Positions 42,680-51,894 of a stretch of 64,000 bases of DNA are shown here, piece by piece. The stretch's first letter is position 1. The number at the start of each line of letters is the position of its first letter. The DNA is from an uncultured Candidatus Saccharibacteria bacterium (GTDB lineage: Bacteria > Patescibacteriota > Saccharimonadia > Saccharimonadales > JAGQNJ01), in NCBI GenBank assembly GCA_964493895.1, contig CAZBPY010000001.1, positions 27,233-91,232 of the forward strand, in the 5' to 3' direction. The position numbers and the translations under genes were made by a program. A model generated the notes under the pieces. That model was not told where the DNA came from and did not search any database. It saw only the letters and a list, made by a program, of their open reading frames with translations.

Positions 42680-43291
42680 TCAATAATCTAGGCCGTCGAT
42701 ATTTGATAGCATTTCATCGGCATCCACTACGAGGTCAGTCATGACACCCATGATTGCTAGGCATTCTTCGTCGGTTAGATCGATTATCCCATGACCTTCT
42801 TGGCGCATACGTTCTTTTAGAGCTGCAATATCAGTAGGATGATTCCGGACAGATTCCTGCGACAATAAGAACGGTGGCTCTTCGGCATCAGGAGATATGA
42901 CAATCTCTACCATGCCTGACAATACAGACTCGTCTCCAAACGGACTGTAATCGTCCCCTTCTTTATCGAATAGATCTGCTCCAACTACGATGTATTTACT
43001 AGAACCATGTGGTTCCCATAAAGAAGTGAATCGTATCTTGTCTGCACCAAATATGTTTAGTTCCCTTGTTGATGGACCCCAGTCAAACATAATTCCCGCC
43101 GGGGGTCCATCCGAGGCAACGATTTTGTCTAGTTCTTTGGCGCCCTCAGGATAGAGAGCCTTCATTTCACTAATCGCTCTTTCTTGATACTGCTTTAATA
43201 AGACCGAGAGGGCATCAAACATTTTAGCTCTTGGTGGGATATCGAACCCTTCTGGCAAGAAGTCTTTGAACTTGTCGTGATCAGACATCAC
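42680..43291 (-). CDS. hypothetical acidic protein overlapping the ftsK stop
   Basis: 203-aa ORF. Its GTGATG start overlaps the ftsK TGA. No motif recognised. Confidence 0.5.
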   Translation of the reverse strand: MMSDHDKFKDFLPEGFDIPPRAKMFDALSVLLKQYQERAISEMKALYPEGAKELDKIVASDGPPAGIMFDWGPSTRELNIFGADKIRFTSLWEPHGSSKYIVVGADLFDKEGDDYSPFGDESVLSGMVEIVISPDAEEPPFLLSQESVRNHPTDIAALKERMRQEGHGIIDLTDEECLAIMGVMTDLVVDADEMLSNIDGLDY

Positions 43292-45507
43292 GATTCCTCA
43301 TCTATTGTGTCGTCTGCGGCGACTTCAGCCACCGGCCCTGCGGCCTGTTGGGGGGCCGGAGACGGTTCGGCGGCGGTTTCGGCGCCGAAGACTTCGTCGA
43401 CCGAGTTGACCAGGACGTCGCGAGGGCGCGAGCCGTCGGCCGGGCCGATGATGCCCTGCTCTTCCATGGCTTCGACTAGGCGAGCCGCTCGAGCGTAGCC
43501 GATTCGCAGCCGGCGTTGCAGCAGGCTGGTGCTGGCTTTGCGGCTGTCAACGACGACTTTGATGGCGTCCTTCCACATGTCGTCATCGGCATCACTTCCG
43601 CCGTAATCGACAACGCTGCCTCCCCGCCCGCCGCCCAGTTGGACAGGCTGGCTAACAACATCTTCATCATAGGTCGGTTGACGCTGCTCTCTAATGAATT
43701 CAGTCACTTTGCTGGTTTCCTCATCAGTAATAAAGGCCCCCTGAACACGTTTTGGTTTTGGCATATCAGCTGTCAGCAGCAGCATATCTCCTTGACCAAG
43801 CAGTTTTTCGGCCCCGATCTGATCAATAATCGTTCGCGAATCAACTTGTGACGACACCGTAAAGGCTACTCGGGCTGGAATATTAGCCTTGATCAAACCA
43901 GTTATAACATCAACCGACGGTCGCTGCGTAGCCAGAATCAGGTGAATACCAACCGCTCGAGCTTTCTGAGCAATCCGCACAACTAGCGCCTCAACATCAC
44001 GTGCTGCCATCATCATCAGATCAGCCAGCTCATCGATCACTACCACAATGTAAGGCATGCCTTCTTCTTTTTTTAGAGCATTGTACTCATGAATATTGCG
44101 TTTGTGGACTTCGGACAAGGCTTTATAGCGGCGCTCCATTTCGGCCACCGTCCATTTCAGGGCCGAAATACACTTTTCTGGCTCGGTAATGACCGGGGCC
44201 AGCAGGTGCGGTAGATCGTCATAAGGTTTCAATTCAACCTGCTTAGGGTCAACTAAGATCAATTTCAAGTCAGATGGGCTGTTCTTATATAAAAGACTGG
44301 TCAAAATCGTATTAATCATCACCGACTTACCAGATCCGGTTTGACCAGCCACCAAAAGATGCGGCATCTTATCCAAGGCTCCGACAATTGGTTTGCCGGA
44401 AATATCTTTACCGATAGCAAAACCTAGCGGACTGTCGAGTTCAGCCCACTCTGAAGACTGCAAAATGCTGCTGATTCGGACATGAGCCTTGCGTCGATTC
44501 GGTACCTCTATGCCGACGGCCCTTTTACCAGGAATTGGGGCCTCGATGCGAATAGTCTGAGCCGCCAGATCCAACGCTAAGTTATCTTCCAGGGCCTTAA
44601 TTCTGGTCAGTTTAATACCCGATGGCGGCCGCAGCGTATACTGAGTCACCCGCGGACCGATGTTGGCCCCCTCCATCTCGACGTCGATGTTGAAGTTTTG
44701 CAGAGAATCTTTAATTAGCTGGGCGTTGCCCTCGACATCGCCGGCGTCAGCCTTATCTTGTTTCTGATTTAACAAGTCCAGGCTTGGGAACTTCCATGAA
44801 GGATCGCTGGCCACTGTTAAGGCCAGGCCCGGCTGAACCTTTTCGGCGGTATTTTTTAGACTGGACAGCCGCGGCCCGCGTTCAACCGGTACACCCTCGT
44901 TCAATTGAAAAGCAGACTCCTTGGGCTTTAGTTGAGCTAACTCCGGATCCTGCTCTTTACCCTTGAACAATTTTCCAAGGTGTAACAAGACTTTTGGTGA
45001 GATGTCAGCCGCTAGAAAGAAGGCCAAAACCGACAGAACGATGAACGTAACTGTGGCCGGAATTCGGGTAATAGCGCCAAGTGTCAGATTTCCCAGAGCT
45101 TCACCGACGGCTCCGCCGTGTCCGCCGCTAAAATTGCCGCCGGCAGATTGGCTGGCAAAGGCCGTAAATAACCAGCTGGCCGTAAAAGCCAAAAATGCCA
45201 AGCTAGCCGCCAATTTTTCTAGAGGAATCTGCTTGTCATCGCTCATGAATTTCTGAATTCCCAAGAATATAAGTGTCGGGACACTTAGGTAAGCTGCCCA
45301 GCCTAGTGCCCAATAAGCACCGCTGAATAAGCCTTCCGGCAGCGGCCCGCCGGCCCCAAAACCGCCCAGCAGCAAGAACAGGGCCAAAAGCACCATAATT
45401 ATGGCGCCGGCCAGCGGCCAAAAGTTGGACTCCGGCTTTTCCGCCTGTTTTTTCTTCTTGTTATTTTTACCGGAAGCTTTGCTTCGGGTGTTTTTCTTTT
45501 TTGCCAT
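43288..45507 (-). CDS. ftsK: DNA translocase FtsK/SpoIIIE
   Basis: N-terminal 4-TM domain, Walker A VAGQTGSGKSVMIN, VVVIDELADLMM, and gamma winged-helix TSLLQRRLRIGYARAARLVEAMEEQGIIGP. Confidence 0.9.
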   Translation of the reverse strand: MAKKKNTRSKASGKNNKKKKQAEKPESNFWPLAGAIIMVLLALFLLLGGFGAGGPLPEGLFSGAYWALGWAAYLSVPTLIFLGIQKFMSDDKQIPLEKLAASLAFLAFTASWLFTAFASQSAGGNFSGGHGGAVGEALGNLTLGAITRIPATVTFIVLSVLAFFLAADISPKVLLHLGKLFKGKEQDPELAQLKPKESAFQLNEGVPVERGPRLSSLKNTAEKVQPGLALTVASDPSWKFPSLDLLNQKQDKADAGDVEGNAQLIKDSLQNFNIDVEMEGANIGPRVTQYTLRPPSGIKLTRIKALEDNLALDLAAQTIRIEAPIPGKRAVGIEVPNRRKAHVRISSILQSSEWAELDSPLGFAIGKDISGKPIVGALDKMPHLLVAGQTGSGKSVMINTILTSLLYKNSPSDLKLILVDPKQVELKPYDDLPHLLAPVITEPEKCISALKWTVAEMERRYKALSEVHKRNIHEYNALKKEEGMPYIVVVIDELADLMMMAARDVEALVVRIAQKARAVGIHLILATQRPSVDVITGLIKANIPARVAFTVSSQVDSRTIIDQIGAEKLLGQGDMLLLTADMPKPKRVQGAFITDEETSKVTEFIREQRQPTYDEDVVSQPVQLGGGRGGSVVDYGGSDADDDMWKDAIKVVVDSRKASTSLLQRRLRIGYARAARLVEAMEEQGIIGPADGSRPRDVLVNSVDEVFGAETAAEPSPAPQQAAGPVAEVAADDTIDEES

Positions 45508-45576
45508 AACTGTTTTGATTATATCAGTTTACTAGGGATGAAAAAAAGCAGTTTCTGTACCATAAGCTATACTTAC

Positions 45577-45605
45577 ATTATAGCAAATAATACAACATTT
45601 GTCAA
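45577..45605 (-). promoter_or_regulatory. consensus promoter TTGACA-N17-TATAAT (TGc extended) upstream of ftsK
   Basis: Minus-strand read: TTGACA (45605-45600), 17 nt ending TGC, TATAAT (45582-45577). Second TGaTATAAT at 45518-45526, 10 nt from the ATG. The -35 element is tandemly duplicated (ATTGACAAA x2). Confidence 0.6.
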
Positions 45606-45621
45606 TAGTTTGTCAATGGAG

Positions 45622-47685
45622 CTAGTCGGTTTGCGGGTCTTGGTTGAGCAAGCGGGCTCGCATCTCATCGAATCGTTGCCGCTGCTCTTCGGCCATTTGT
45701 TCAGCCGATTTTTCGGCCGCCGATACAGCTGCAGGTTTGGGTCCGGGCTTGCCATTACCATTTTTATCGCTTGGCTTGCCGGCGCTAACCACATTGACCA
45801 CAGGAATGACAATCGGTGACCGCTGAGTCTGGTCATACAGATAGTGGGTGACGTGATCTTTTAGCTCAGCCTTAAAGCGATCCAGATCAACCCGTTTGAA
45901 GCGCTGCTGAACGGCTCGGCGCAGCTCGGCTCGCAGACCATTCATTAGCTCTTCAGAGTCGCGGATATATATAAAGCCGCGGGTAATGATATCCGGACTG
46001 GTCAATAGCTGGCCAGTCTTTTTATCGACGGTCAGGATTACAGCTATCAAGCCTTCCTCGGCCAACATAATACGGTCTTTGACCACCACACCGCTGACAG
46101 TAGCTCCGGTTTGATCAACTAAGATACTGCCGTAAGGTACGTCATCAGTTTGTTCATATGAGTCAGCCGTAAATAGATAGCTTTGGCCGTTTTGAGCCAG
46201 AATGACGTTATCGCGCTTTACACCCTCCTCAACCGCCAAATCAGCATGGTACTTGCGGCGCAACATACCGCCGTGTACTGGAATCACAAATCTAGGCCGG
46301 ACTATATTGATCATCTCCCGCATCTCATCGCGCCGAGCATGACCAGAAACGTGTAACGGCCCGCAACCATCAATCTCGTGTGTCGGATGCCTAAACAGAA
46401 TCACGCCCATCTTGGCCAAGTTATTTCCAATCATGTCATAGCGAATCTCGTTACCCGGAATCGGACTAGAACTGACAATAACTGTGTCACCAGCCTTTAA
46501 ATTAATATGCGAATGAGCACCTTCGCTCATGCGCATCAAGGCGGCATTAGGCTCACCCTGACCACCGGTACACATCACCAAAATCTTATCGTCCTCCATT
46601 TTAGCAATATCACGCATAGCTACAAAAGTCCCTTTTGGCACTTTCAGAAGTCCTTGGCGAACAGCAATCTCGGCGTAAGCCATCATACTGCGGCCATCTA
46701 GGGCTACTTTGCGGCCAGCCGCCACCGCGGCATTAATAATCATCTGTGTCCGGTTCATGTTACTAGAGAACACCGCACAGAAAATTCTCCCTTGGGCTTT
46801 GGTTATGACATCCATGAAACTTTGTTGCAGGGTCGATTCGGTCGGCGTGCGGCCTTCAGTATCGGAGTAACTGCTCTCTGTTAGCAGTAATAGGACACCT
46901 TGATCACCCAACTCTTTTAGCCTAGCAATATCGCTTGGCTTTTTATCAAGCGGCTCGGGGTCAAGTCGAAAGTCACCAGTAGCAATTATTCGTCCAACTG
47001 GAGTTTCGATGTTAACTGAACTAGCTTCTGGGATAGAGTGCGTAATTCGAATTAGCTCGACAAAGAAAGAACCGACCTTCAGCTTCTCATGGTTATCCAT
47101 CTCCATCACTACAAACTCGGGCTTAAAAGTTGGCTGGCCCGGCGGCATGTCCTCAAAAGTTTTCTCAACAATTCCTAAAGTAAAGCGCGATCCATAAATC
47201 GGTGCCGGAAACTTCGGCACAATGTGTTTCAGCCCGCCGATGTGATCCAAGTGTCCGTGAGTGATGACGTAGCCACGGATTTTGTGCTTTATTGACTCCA
47301 GGTAAGTCGAATCGGCAATCTCATAGTTAATGCCCGGCAGGTCAATGCCAAGCGAGTTTCCGCAGTCTAAAATTATTGCATCATTTTGGTACTCAATGAT
47401 GGCCGTGTTCTTTTCACCGACCTCTTCCAGACCGCCTAGGAAGGAGATTTTGAGTTTATCAAAATCATCAGTAATTTTGTTGGCTCGCCTCTTGTCCGCT
47501 GGCTGAGCTGACTTGTATTGTTCAACCATTTTACGGGCATCATCCAGGCTGCGTTTTTGAGCTCGAATGGCCGCGCCGCGTGAAGTACTCAAGCCATTAT
47601 TTTTCTTGTTCGGAGTGGATTTTGCCGCCTTTTGATTTGGCTGATTGCCTCCACGCCGAGGATTAGGTTTCTTATTTTGGTCCAT
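45622..47685 (-). CDS. rnj: ribonuclease J (beta-lactamase/beta-CASP) with basic N-terminal and C-terminal extensions
   Basis: VITHGHLDHIGGL (HxHxDH). beta-CASP layout. ~80-aa Lys/Arg/Asn-rich N-terminal extension. AGGAG SD. Confidence 0.9.
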   Translation of the reverse strand: MDQNKKPNPRRGGNQPNQKAAKSTPNKKNNGLSTSRGAAIRAQKRSLDDARKMVEQYKSAQPADKRRANKITDDFDKLKISFLGGLEEVGEKNTAIIEYQNDAIILDCGNSLGIDLPGINYEIADSTYLESIKHKIRGYVITHGHLDHIGGLKHIVPKFPAPIYGSRFTLGIVEKTFEDMPPGQPTFKPEFVVMEMDNHEKLKVGSFFVELIRITHSIPEASSVNIETPVGRIIATGDFRLDPEPLDKKPSDIARLKELGDQGVLLLLTESSYSDTEGRTPTESTLQQSFMDVITKAQGRIFCAVFSSNMNRTQMIINAAVAAGRKVALDGRSMMAYAEIAVRQGLLKVPKGTFVAMRDIAKMEDDKILVMCTGGQGEPNAALMRMSEGAHSHINLKAGDTVIVSSSPIPGNEIRYDMIGNNLAKMGVILFRHPTHEIDGCGPLHVSGHARRDEMREMINIVRPRFVIPVHGGMLRRKYHADLAVEEGVKRDNVILAQNGQSYLFTADSYEQTDDVPYGSILVDQTGATVSGVVVKDRIMLAEEGLIAVILTVDKKTGQLLTSPDIITRGFIYIRDSEELMNGLRAELRRAVQQRFKRVDLDRFKAELKDHVTHYLYDQTQRSPIVIPVVNVVSAGKPSDKNGNGKPGPKPAAVSAAEKSAEQMAEEQRQRFDEMRARLLNQDPQTD

Positions 47686-47715
47686 TTTTGTAATTTTCTC
47701 CTTATTAAATTCTTA

Positions 47716-48291
47716 TTAAATCTTTTCTAAGATCAGCGGAATACGGCCGAAGTCATCAATCAAAGTCTGGCGCATTCCTCCGTTATATAGGGCTGCCGCC
47801 GGATGAAACAGCGGTAAAATCACCTGCTTTCGGCCATCTGCCAAGGTGATCCGCTTTGGCTCACCGTGTACAGCACTAATTCTTAAACTAGGCAAAAAGT
47901 ATTCCATACTGTGCCGGCCTAAAGTCACCACCAGTTTTGGTTTAATGACCTCAAGTTGACGCAGTAAATATGGTAAAAACGCCTCTTTTTCAGCCGGCAG
48001 CGGATCCCGATTATTCGGCGGCCGGTATTTTACAATGTTAGTTATGTAAATATCCGGACGTCTTAGTCCAATTGTTTGCAACATTTCATCCAAAAATTTG
48101 CCAGCTGCACCAACAAACGGTTTACCCTGTAAATCTTCGTTCTTGCCAGGAGCCTCACCAATAAAAACTATATCGGCCTCCGGATTCCCGTCGGCGAATA
48201 CCAGTTGAGTGGCTTGCTTAGCCAGCTCTGCACAGACTTTTTCATCCACAATCTGCTGAGCAATGTCATCTAGCTGAGATTGTTTAGTCAT
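47716..48291 (-). CDS. uracil-DNA glycosylase superfamily protein (family 4/5-like)
   Basis: Motif A FIGEAPGKNED, GKPFVGAAGKFL, motif B FHPAAALYN. I did not see the family-4 Fe-S cysteine cluster. Confidence 0.75.
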   Translation of the reverse strand: MTKQSQLDDIAQQIVDEKVCAELAKQATQLVFADGNPEADIVFIGEAPGKNEDLQGKPFVGAAGKFLDEMLQTIGLRRPDIYITNIVKYRPPNNRDPLPAEKEAFLPYLLRQLEVIKPKLVVTLGRHSMEYFLPSLRISAVHGEPKRITLADGRKQVILPLFHPAAALYNGGMRQTLIDDFGRIPLILEKI

Positions 48292-48304
48292 TTAGTTATC
48301 TCCT

Positions 48305-48520
48305 CTATTTCTTTATGAGGCGGTAAAGGCCTTCGATGATGCGGACAAGGCCCCAAATCAACGCTATCAATACGCCAAGCCATTGGAGCAAGCTGCCGCT
48401 GTCAACAGCCAGAATCGATAACAAATAACCAACCAGCCACATAATCAGACCGGCCACAAAATAACCGACTGGGGTTTGCATTGGATGTTGGCGATTTTTT
48501 GTTGATTTCTTGGATGGCAT
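48305..48520 (-). CDS. small 2-TM membrane protein
   Basis: 71-aa ORF with two hydrophobic helices. AGGAGG-like SD (GGAGATAA). Confidence 0.45.
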   Translation of the reverse strand: MPSKKSTKNRQHPMQTPVGYFVAGLIMWLVGYLLSILAVDSGSLLQWLGVLIALIWGLVRIIEGLYRLIKK

Positions 48521-48529
48521 ACTACCTCC

Positions 48530-50686
48530 TTACTTCTGCTCGCGCTTAACGGCTTTCATGCTTAGACTCAATCGGCCTTTATCGTCAATGGCTTGCAGTT
48601 TAACATCGACCCGGTCATCGACTTTTACCACATCACTTGGCTTTTCCACTCGTTCGTCTTTCATCTCCGAAACATGGACTAAACCTTCGTGTCCGGGCAT
48701 GATTTCAACGAAAGCACCGAAGTCCAGAACACTGACTACCCGGCAGTCGCGGTAAATTTTGCCAACTTCCGGTTCGGCGGTCAGGGTTTTTACCCATTGA
48801 ACAGCCTTGTCACGAGACAGCTGATCGCTACTGGCAATCATGACTGTGCCGTCGTCTTTGATGTCAATTTCGGCACCGGTATCAGCAATTATCTTGTTGA
48901 TGGTTTCGCCGCCCTTACCGATAACTTCGCGGATTTTCTCGGGGTTAATCATGACGGTATCGATTCGCGGCGCATACGGGCTCATGTTTTTCTTGGGCTG
49001 AGCTAAGGTCTCAAGCATGTGCTCTAAAATATAAGCTCGCCCGTCACGGCCCTGCAAAAGAGCTTTTTTAAGCGTCTCGACTGGCAGGCCGTGAACTTTC
49101 ATATCCATCTGAAGAGCAGTAATGCCCTTTTCGGTTCCAGCTGTCTTAAAGTCCATGTCACCGGCAAAGTCCTCGGCATCAGCAATATCGCTTAGAATAT
49201 AGGTTTTGTCACCGTCAACCATTAGGCCCATAGCAATTCCCGATACTGGACGCTTCAAAGGCACACCGGCGTCCATCAAGGCTAGACAACTGGAACAGGT
49301 GGCGGCCATCGATGTCGAACCGTTCTGACTCATAATCTCAGTAACTGAACGAATGGTGTACGGAAAGTCAGCTTCCGATGGCAAAACTGGTGATATTGCT
49401 CGCTCTGCCAGATAACCGTGGCCGATTTCTCGCCGGCCTGGACTACCTAGTCGACGGACTTCACCAACTGTCCACCCCGGAGCATTGTAGTGATGCATGT
49501 AGCGCCGCTCGCCGTCACCTTCCATGGTGTCAACAATCTGAGCGTAACTTAGCGGTGCCAGTGTCACCACATTCAAAGCTTGGGTAACACCGCGAGTGAA
49601 CAAACTTGAACCGTGAGCCCGCGGCAACAGCCCCACCTCACTGGATAGTGGTCTGACCTCTGTTAGGTTACGACCGTCAGGGCGGGTTTGCTCCTCGACA
49701 ATACCTTTGCGCACATCTTTATGTAAGGCCATTTGAAAGGCATCATTGTACTCACCTCTTAAATCAGCGTAAGCATCCTCGCCTATCTCCTCAACAAAGT
49801 GTTCATGCATGCTGTCGCGCAGTTTATTAACCAAATCATTGCGCTCTGGATAAGGCATGCGCAACCCGGCGCCTAATTTACCGGCCAACCAGGTATCAAC
49901 TCGCTGCTGGATGTCGTCATCGGGCAAAACTAGCTCATATTCCTGAGGTGTAACCCCAATTTTATCAACCAACTCCTGTTGTAATTTAATGGCTGGCTGG
50001 ATTATTTTATGAGCGTATTCCAAGGCCTCAACAACTTTTTCTTCCGGAACTTCATCAGCACCGGCTTCCACCATCATGATGCCGGACTTGGTTCCAGCGA
50101 CAACTAGATCTAAGGAGCCATCCTTGAGTTCTTCAGGGGTAGCGAAGGCTTTTGGCTTGCCGTCAACCATACCGATTCGAGCACCGGCCACTGGACCCTC
50201 AAATGGCGCACCGGTCAGCATAAATGCAGCTGACAAGGCAATCATGGCTACCGCGTCCGGACGGAAATCAGGATCCATCGATAGCACCGTGGCAATACCC
50301 TGCACTTCGTTACGATAGCCCTTTGGCCACAGCGGGCGGATCGGACGATCGATTAACCGGCCAATCAGGACGGCATCATCAGATGGGCGCCCTTCACGTT
50401 TTATAAACCGCGAACCGCTGATCTTGCCAGCAGCGTACATTTTCTCTTCGTAGTCTATCGATAGCGGAAAATAGTCGAAGCCTTGGGCGCTGCGGTCTGA
50501 AACCATAGCCGTTCCCAAGACCACGGTGTCGCCATATCTGGCAATTACCGAGGCTGTCGAGCGAAATCCGACTCGCCCCACTTCCAGACTAAGAGTTTTT
50601 CCGCAAAACTCGGTCTCTACTTTTGTAATTTTCTTTCCAAATGGATTAATTGTTCCCATTTGTTTCCTTTCTATTGTTCGGAGCAC
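48530..50686 (-). CDS. pnp: polynucleotide phosphorylase
   Basis: 718 aa: two RNase PH domains, a KH domain (GKGGETINKI) and a C-terminal S1 domain (GAFVEIMPGHEGLVHVSE). Confidence 0.95.
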   Translation of the reverse strand: MLRTIERKQMGTINPFGKKITKVETEFCGKTLSLEVGRVGFRSTASVIARYGDTVVLGTAMVSDRSAQGFDYFPLSIDYEEKMYAAGKISGSRFIKREGRPSDDAVLIGRLIDRPIRPLWPKGYRNEVQGIATVLSMDPDFRPDAVAMIALSAAFMLTGAPFEGPVAGARIGMVDGKPKAFATPEELKDGSLDLVVAGTKSGIMMVEAGADEVPEEKVVEALEYAHKIIQPAIKLQQELVDKIGVTPQEYELVLPDDDIQQRVDTWLAGKLGAGLRMPYPERNDLVNKLRDSMHEHFVEEIGEDAYADLRGEYNDAFQMALHKDVRKGIVEEQTRPDGRNLTEVRPLSSEVGLLPRAHGSSLFTRGVTQALNVVTLAPLSYAQIVDTMEGDGERRYMHHYNAPGWTVGEVRRLGSPGRREIGHGYLAERAISPVLPSEADFPYTIRSVTEIMSQNGSTSMAATCSSCLALMDAGVPLKRPVSGIAMGLMVDGDKTYILSDIADAEDFAGDMDFKTAGTEKGITALQMDMKVHGLPVETLKKALLQGRDGRAYILEHMLETLAQPKKNMSPYAPRIDTVMINPEKIREVIGKGGETINKIIADTGAEIDIKDDGTVMIASSDQLSRDKAVQWVKTLTAEPEVGKIYRDCRVVSVLDFGAFVEIMPGHEGLVHVSEMKDERVEKPSDVVKVDDRVDVKLQAIDDKGRLSLSMKAVKREQK

Positions 50687-50787
50687 AGTGCAAATATACG
50701 TCTACCACTCGTGCATTATCTCTGTTGGCAGCATATATCTGAGGCCGCACTTCGAACACTTTAGCTGTTAATGTGCACAAGCTTTCG

Positions 50788-50806
50788 GGCTTCTTGGATA
50801 GAAGCC
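50788..50806 (-). promoter_or_regulatory. hairpin in the rpsO-pnp intergenic leader
   Basis: 7-bp stem GGCTTCT / AGAAGCC with a 5-nt loop, 17 nt downstream of the rpsO stop, no U-tract. Confidence 0.3.
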
Positions 50807-50822
50807 GTCTAGTCTGAGCAAA

Positions 50823-51089
50823 TTATCGGCGTAAGCCAAGTTTTTTGATCAACGCTAGATATTCTTTAGAGTCGTGTTTAGCAATATAAGCCAGGTGCCG
50901 TTTGCGCTGGCCAACCATCTGCAAAAGTCCCCGCCGAGCCGCATAGTCGTGCTTATTTGACTTTAGATGTTCGGTGATTTCTTCGATGCGCTTGGTCAAA
51001 ATACCAACCTGCACCGCTGGACTACCGGTGTCATTTTTAGACTTCTGCAGGTCAGCTATTACTGCCTGTTTCTTCTCTTTAGTTATCAT
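50823..51089 (-). CDS. rpsO: 30S ribosomal protein S15
   Basis: GSPAVQVGILTKRIEEITEHLKSNKHDYAARRGLLQMVGQRKRHLAYI. TTGCCT-N17-TAGAAT promoter upstream. Confidence 0.9.
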   Translation of the reverse strand: MITKEKKQAVIADLQKSKNDTGSPAVQVGILTKRIEEITEHLKSNKHDYAARRGLLQMVGQRKRHLAYIAKHDSKEYLALIKKLGLRR

Positions 51090-51192
51090 TCGTAGCCTTT
51101 ATTCTAGCACCATTTACCTCTGAAGGCAAGCACAATTGATCACCTATTTTATTCAAGCGGACTATAAGATCTGTAAGCATGCCGGCATTGAA

Positions 51193-51855
51193 CTAATTTT
51201 GTGTAATCTCCAACGATTTTATGTCTTTAGCCTTAGTCAAACTGAAATCATTTATCTTGGTACGTCTTAATTCGGTCATATAGGCACCGGTGCCCAGTTT
51301 CTGGCCAATATCGCGCACCAGTGAGCGTATGTAGGTTCCGCTGCTGACCTCTGTCTGGAAGCTAATTTTTGGATACTTATAGCTTATGTCTGTAATCGAG
51401 TAAATTGTCACTGGGCGAGCTTTCATTTCGGGTGTTTTTCCCTCTCGAGCCAGTTTATAGGCACGTTTGCCGTTTATTTTAATGGCGCTATATACGGGTG
51501 GTTTTTGGTCGATCTGACCGACAAATCCCTGTAGAACTTTCTCGACTTCCTTTTCTTTTGGCCGTCGGTTGCTAACCTTGGTAATTTCGCCCTCTGCGTC
51601 GTCAGTGTTACTGGCTTCACCCAATTTTAACTCGACCTCATAGGTTTTATCCAATTTTGAATACTTCCCAGCATCCTTACAGGCCTCGCCGACCAGAATA
51701 ATCAACAGACCAGTAGCCAGCGGATCCAGAGTGCCGGCGTGACCGACTTTTGGCCGCTTTACCCCTGTTTTTTGTCGGACAAGACTGCGGACTTTGGCCA
51801 CCACATCAAAACTTGTCCAATTTTTTGGTTTATCAATTAGCAAAACACTGTTCAT
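51193..51855 (-). CDS. truB: tRNA pseudouridine-55 synthase TruB (short form, apparently lacking the PUA domain)
   Basis: LLIDKPKNWTSFDVV, GHAGTLDPLATGLLIILVGEA (catalytic Asp). Only 220 aa. Confidence 0.85.
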   Translation of the reverse strand: MNSVLLIDKPKNWTSFDVVAKVRSLVRQKTGVKRPKVGHAGTLDPLATGLLIILVGEACKDAGKYSKLDKTYEVELKLGEASNTDDAEGEITKVSNRRPKEKEVEKVLQGFVGQIDQKPPVYSAIKINGKRAYKLAREGKTPEMKARPVTIYSITDISYKYPKISFQTEVSSGTYIRSLVRDIGQKLGTGAYMTELRRTKINDFSLTKAKDIKSLEITQN

Positions 51856-51894
51856 CTACACAGCGTACGACACAAGTCTAATTGGGTTCAAGAA

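Noticed and set aside
45538-45836. 93-aa (+) and 87-aa (-) ORFs around the rnj 3' end and the ftsK promoter.
   Set aside because: They overlap the RNase J C-terminal extension and the intergenic promoter. Their sequences are low complexity and they have no start context.
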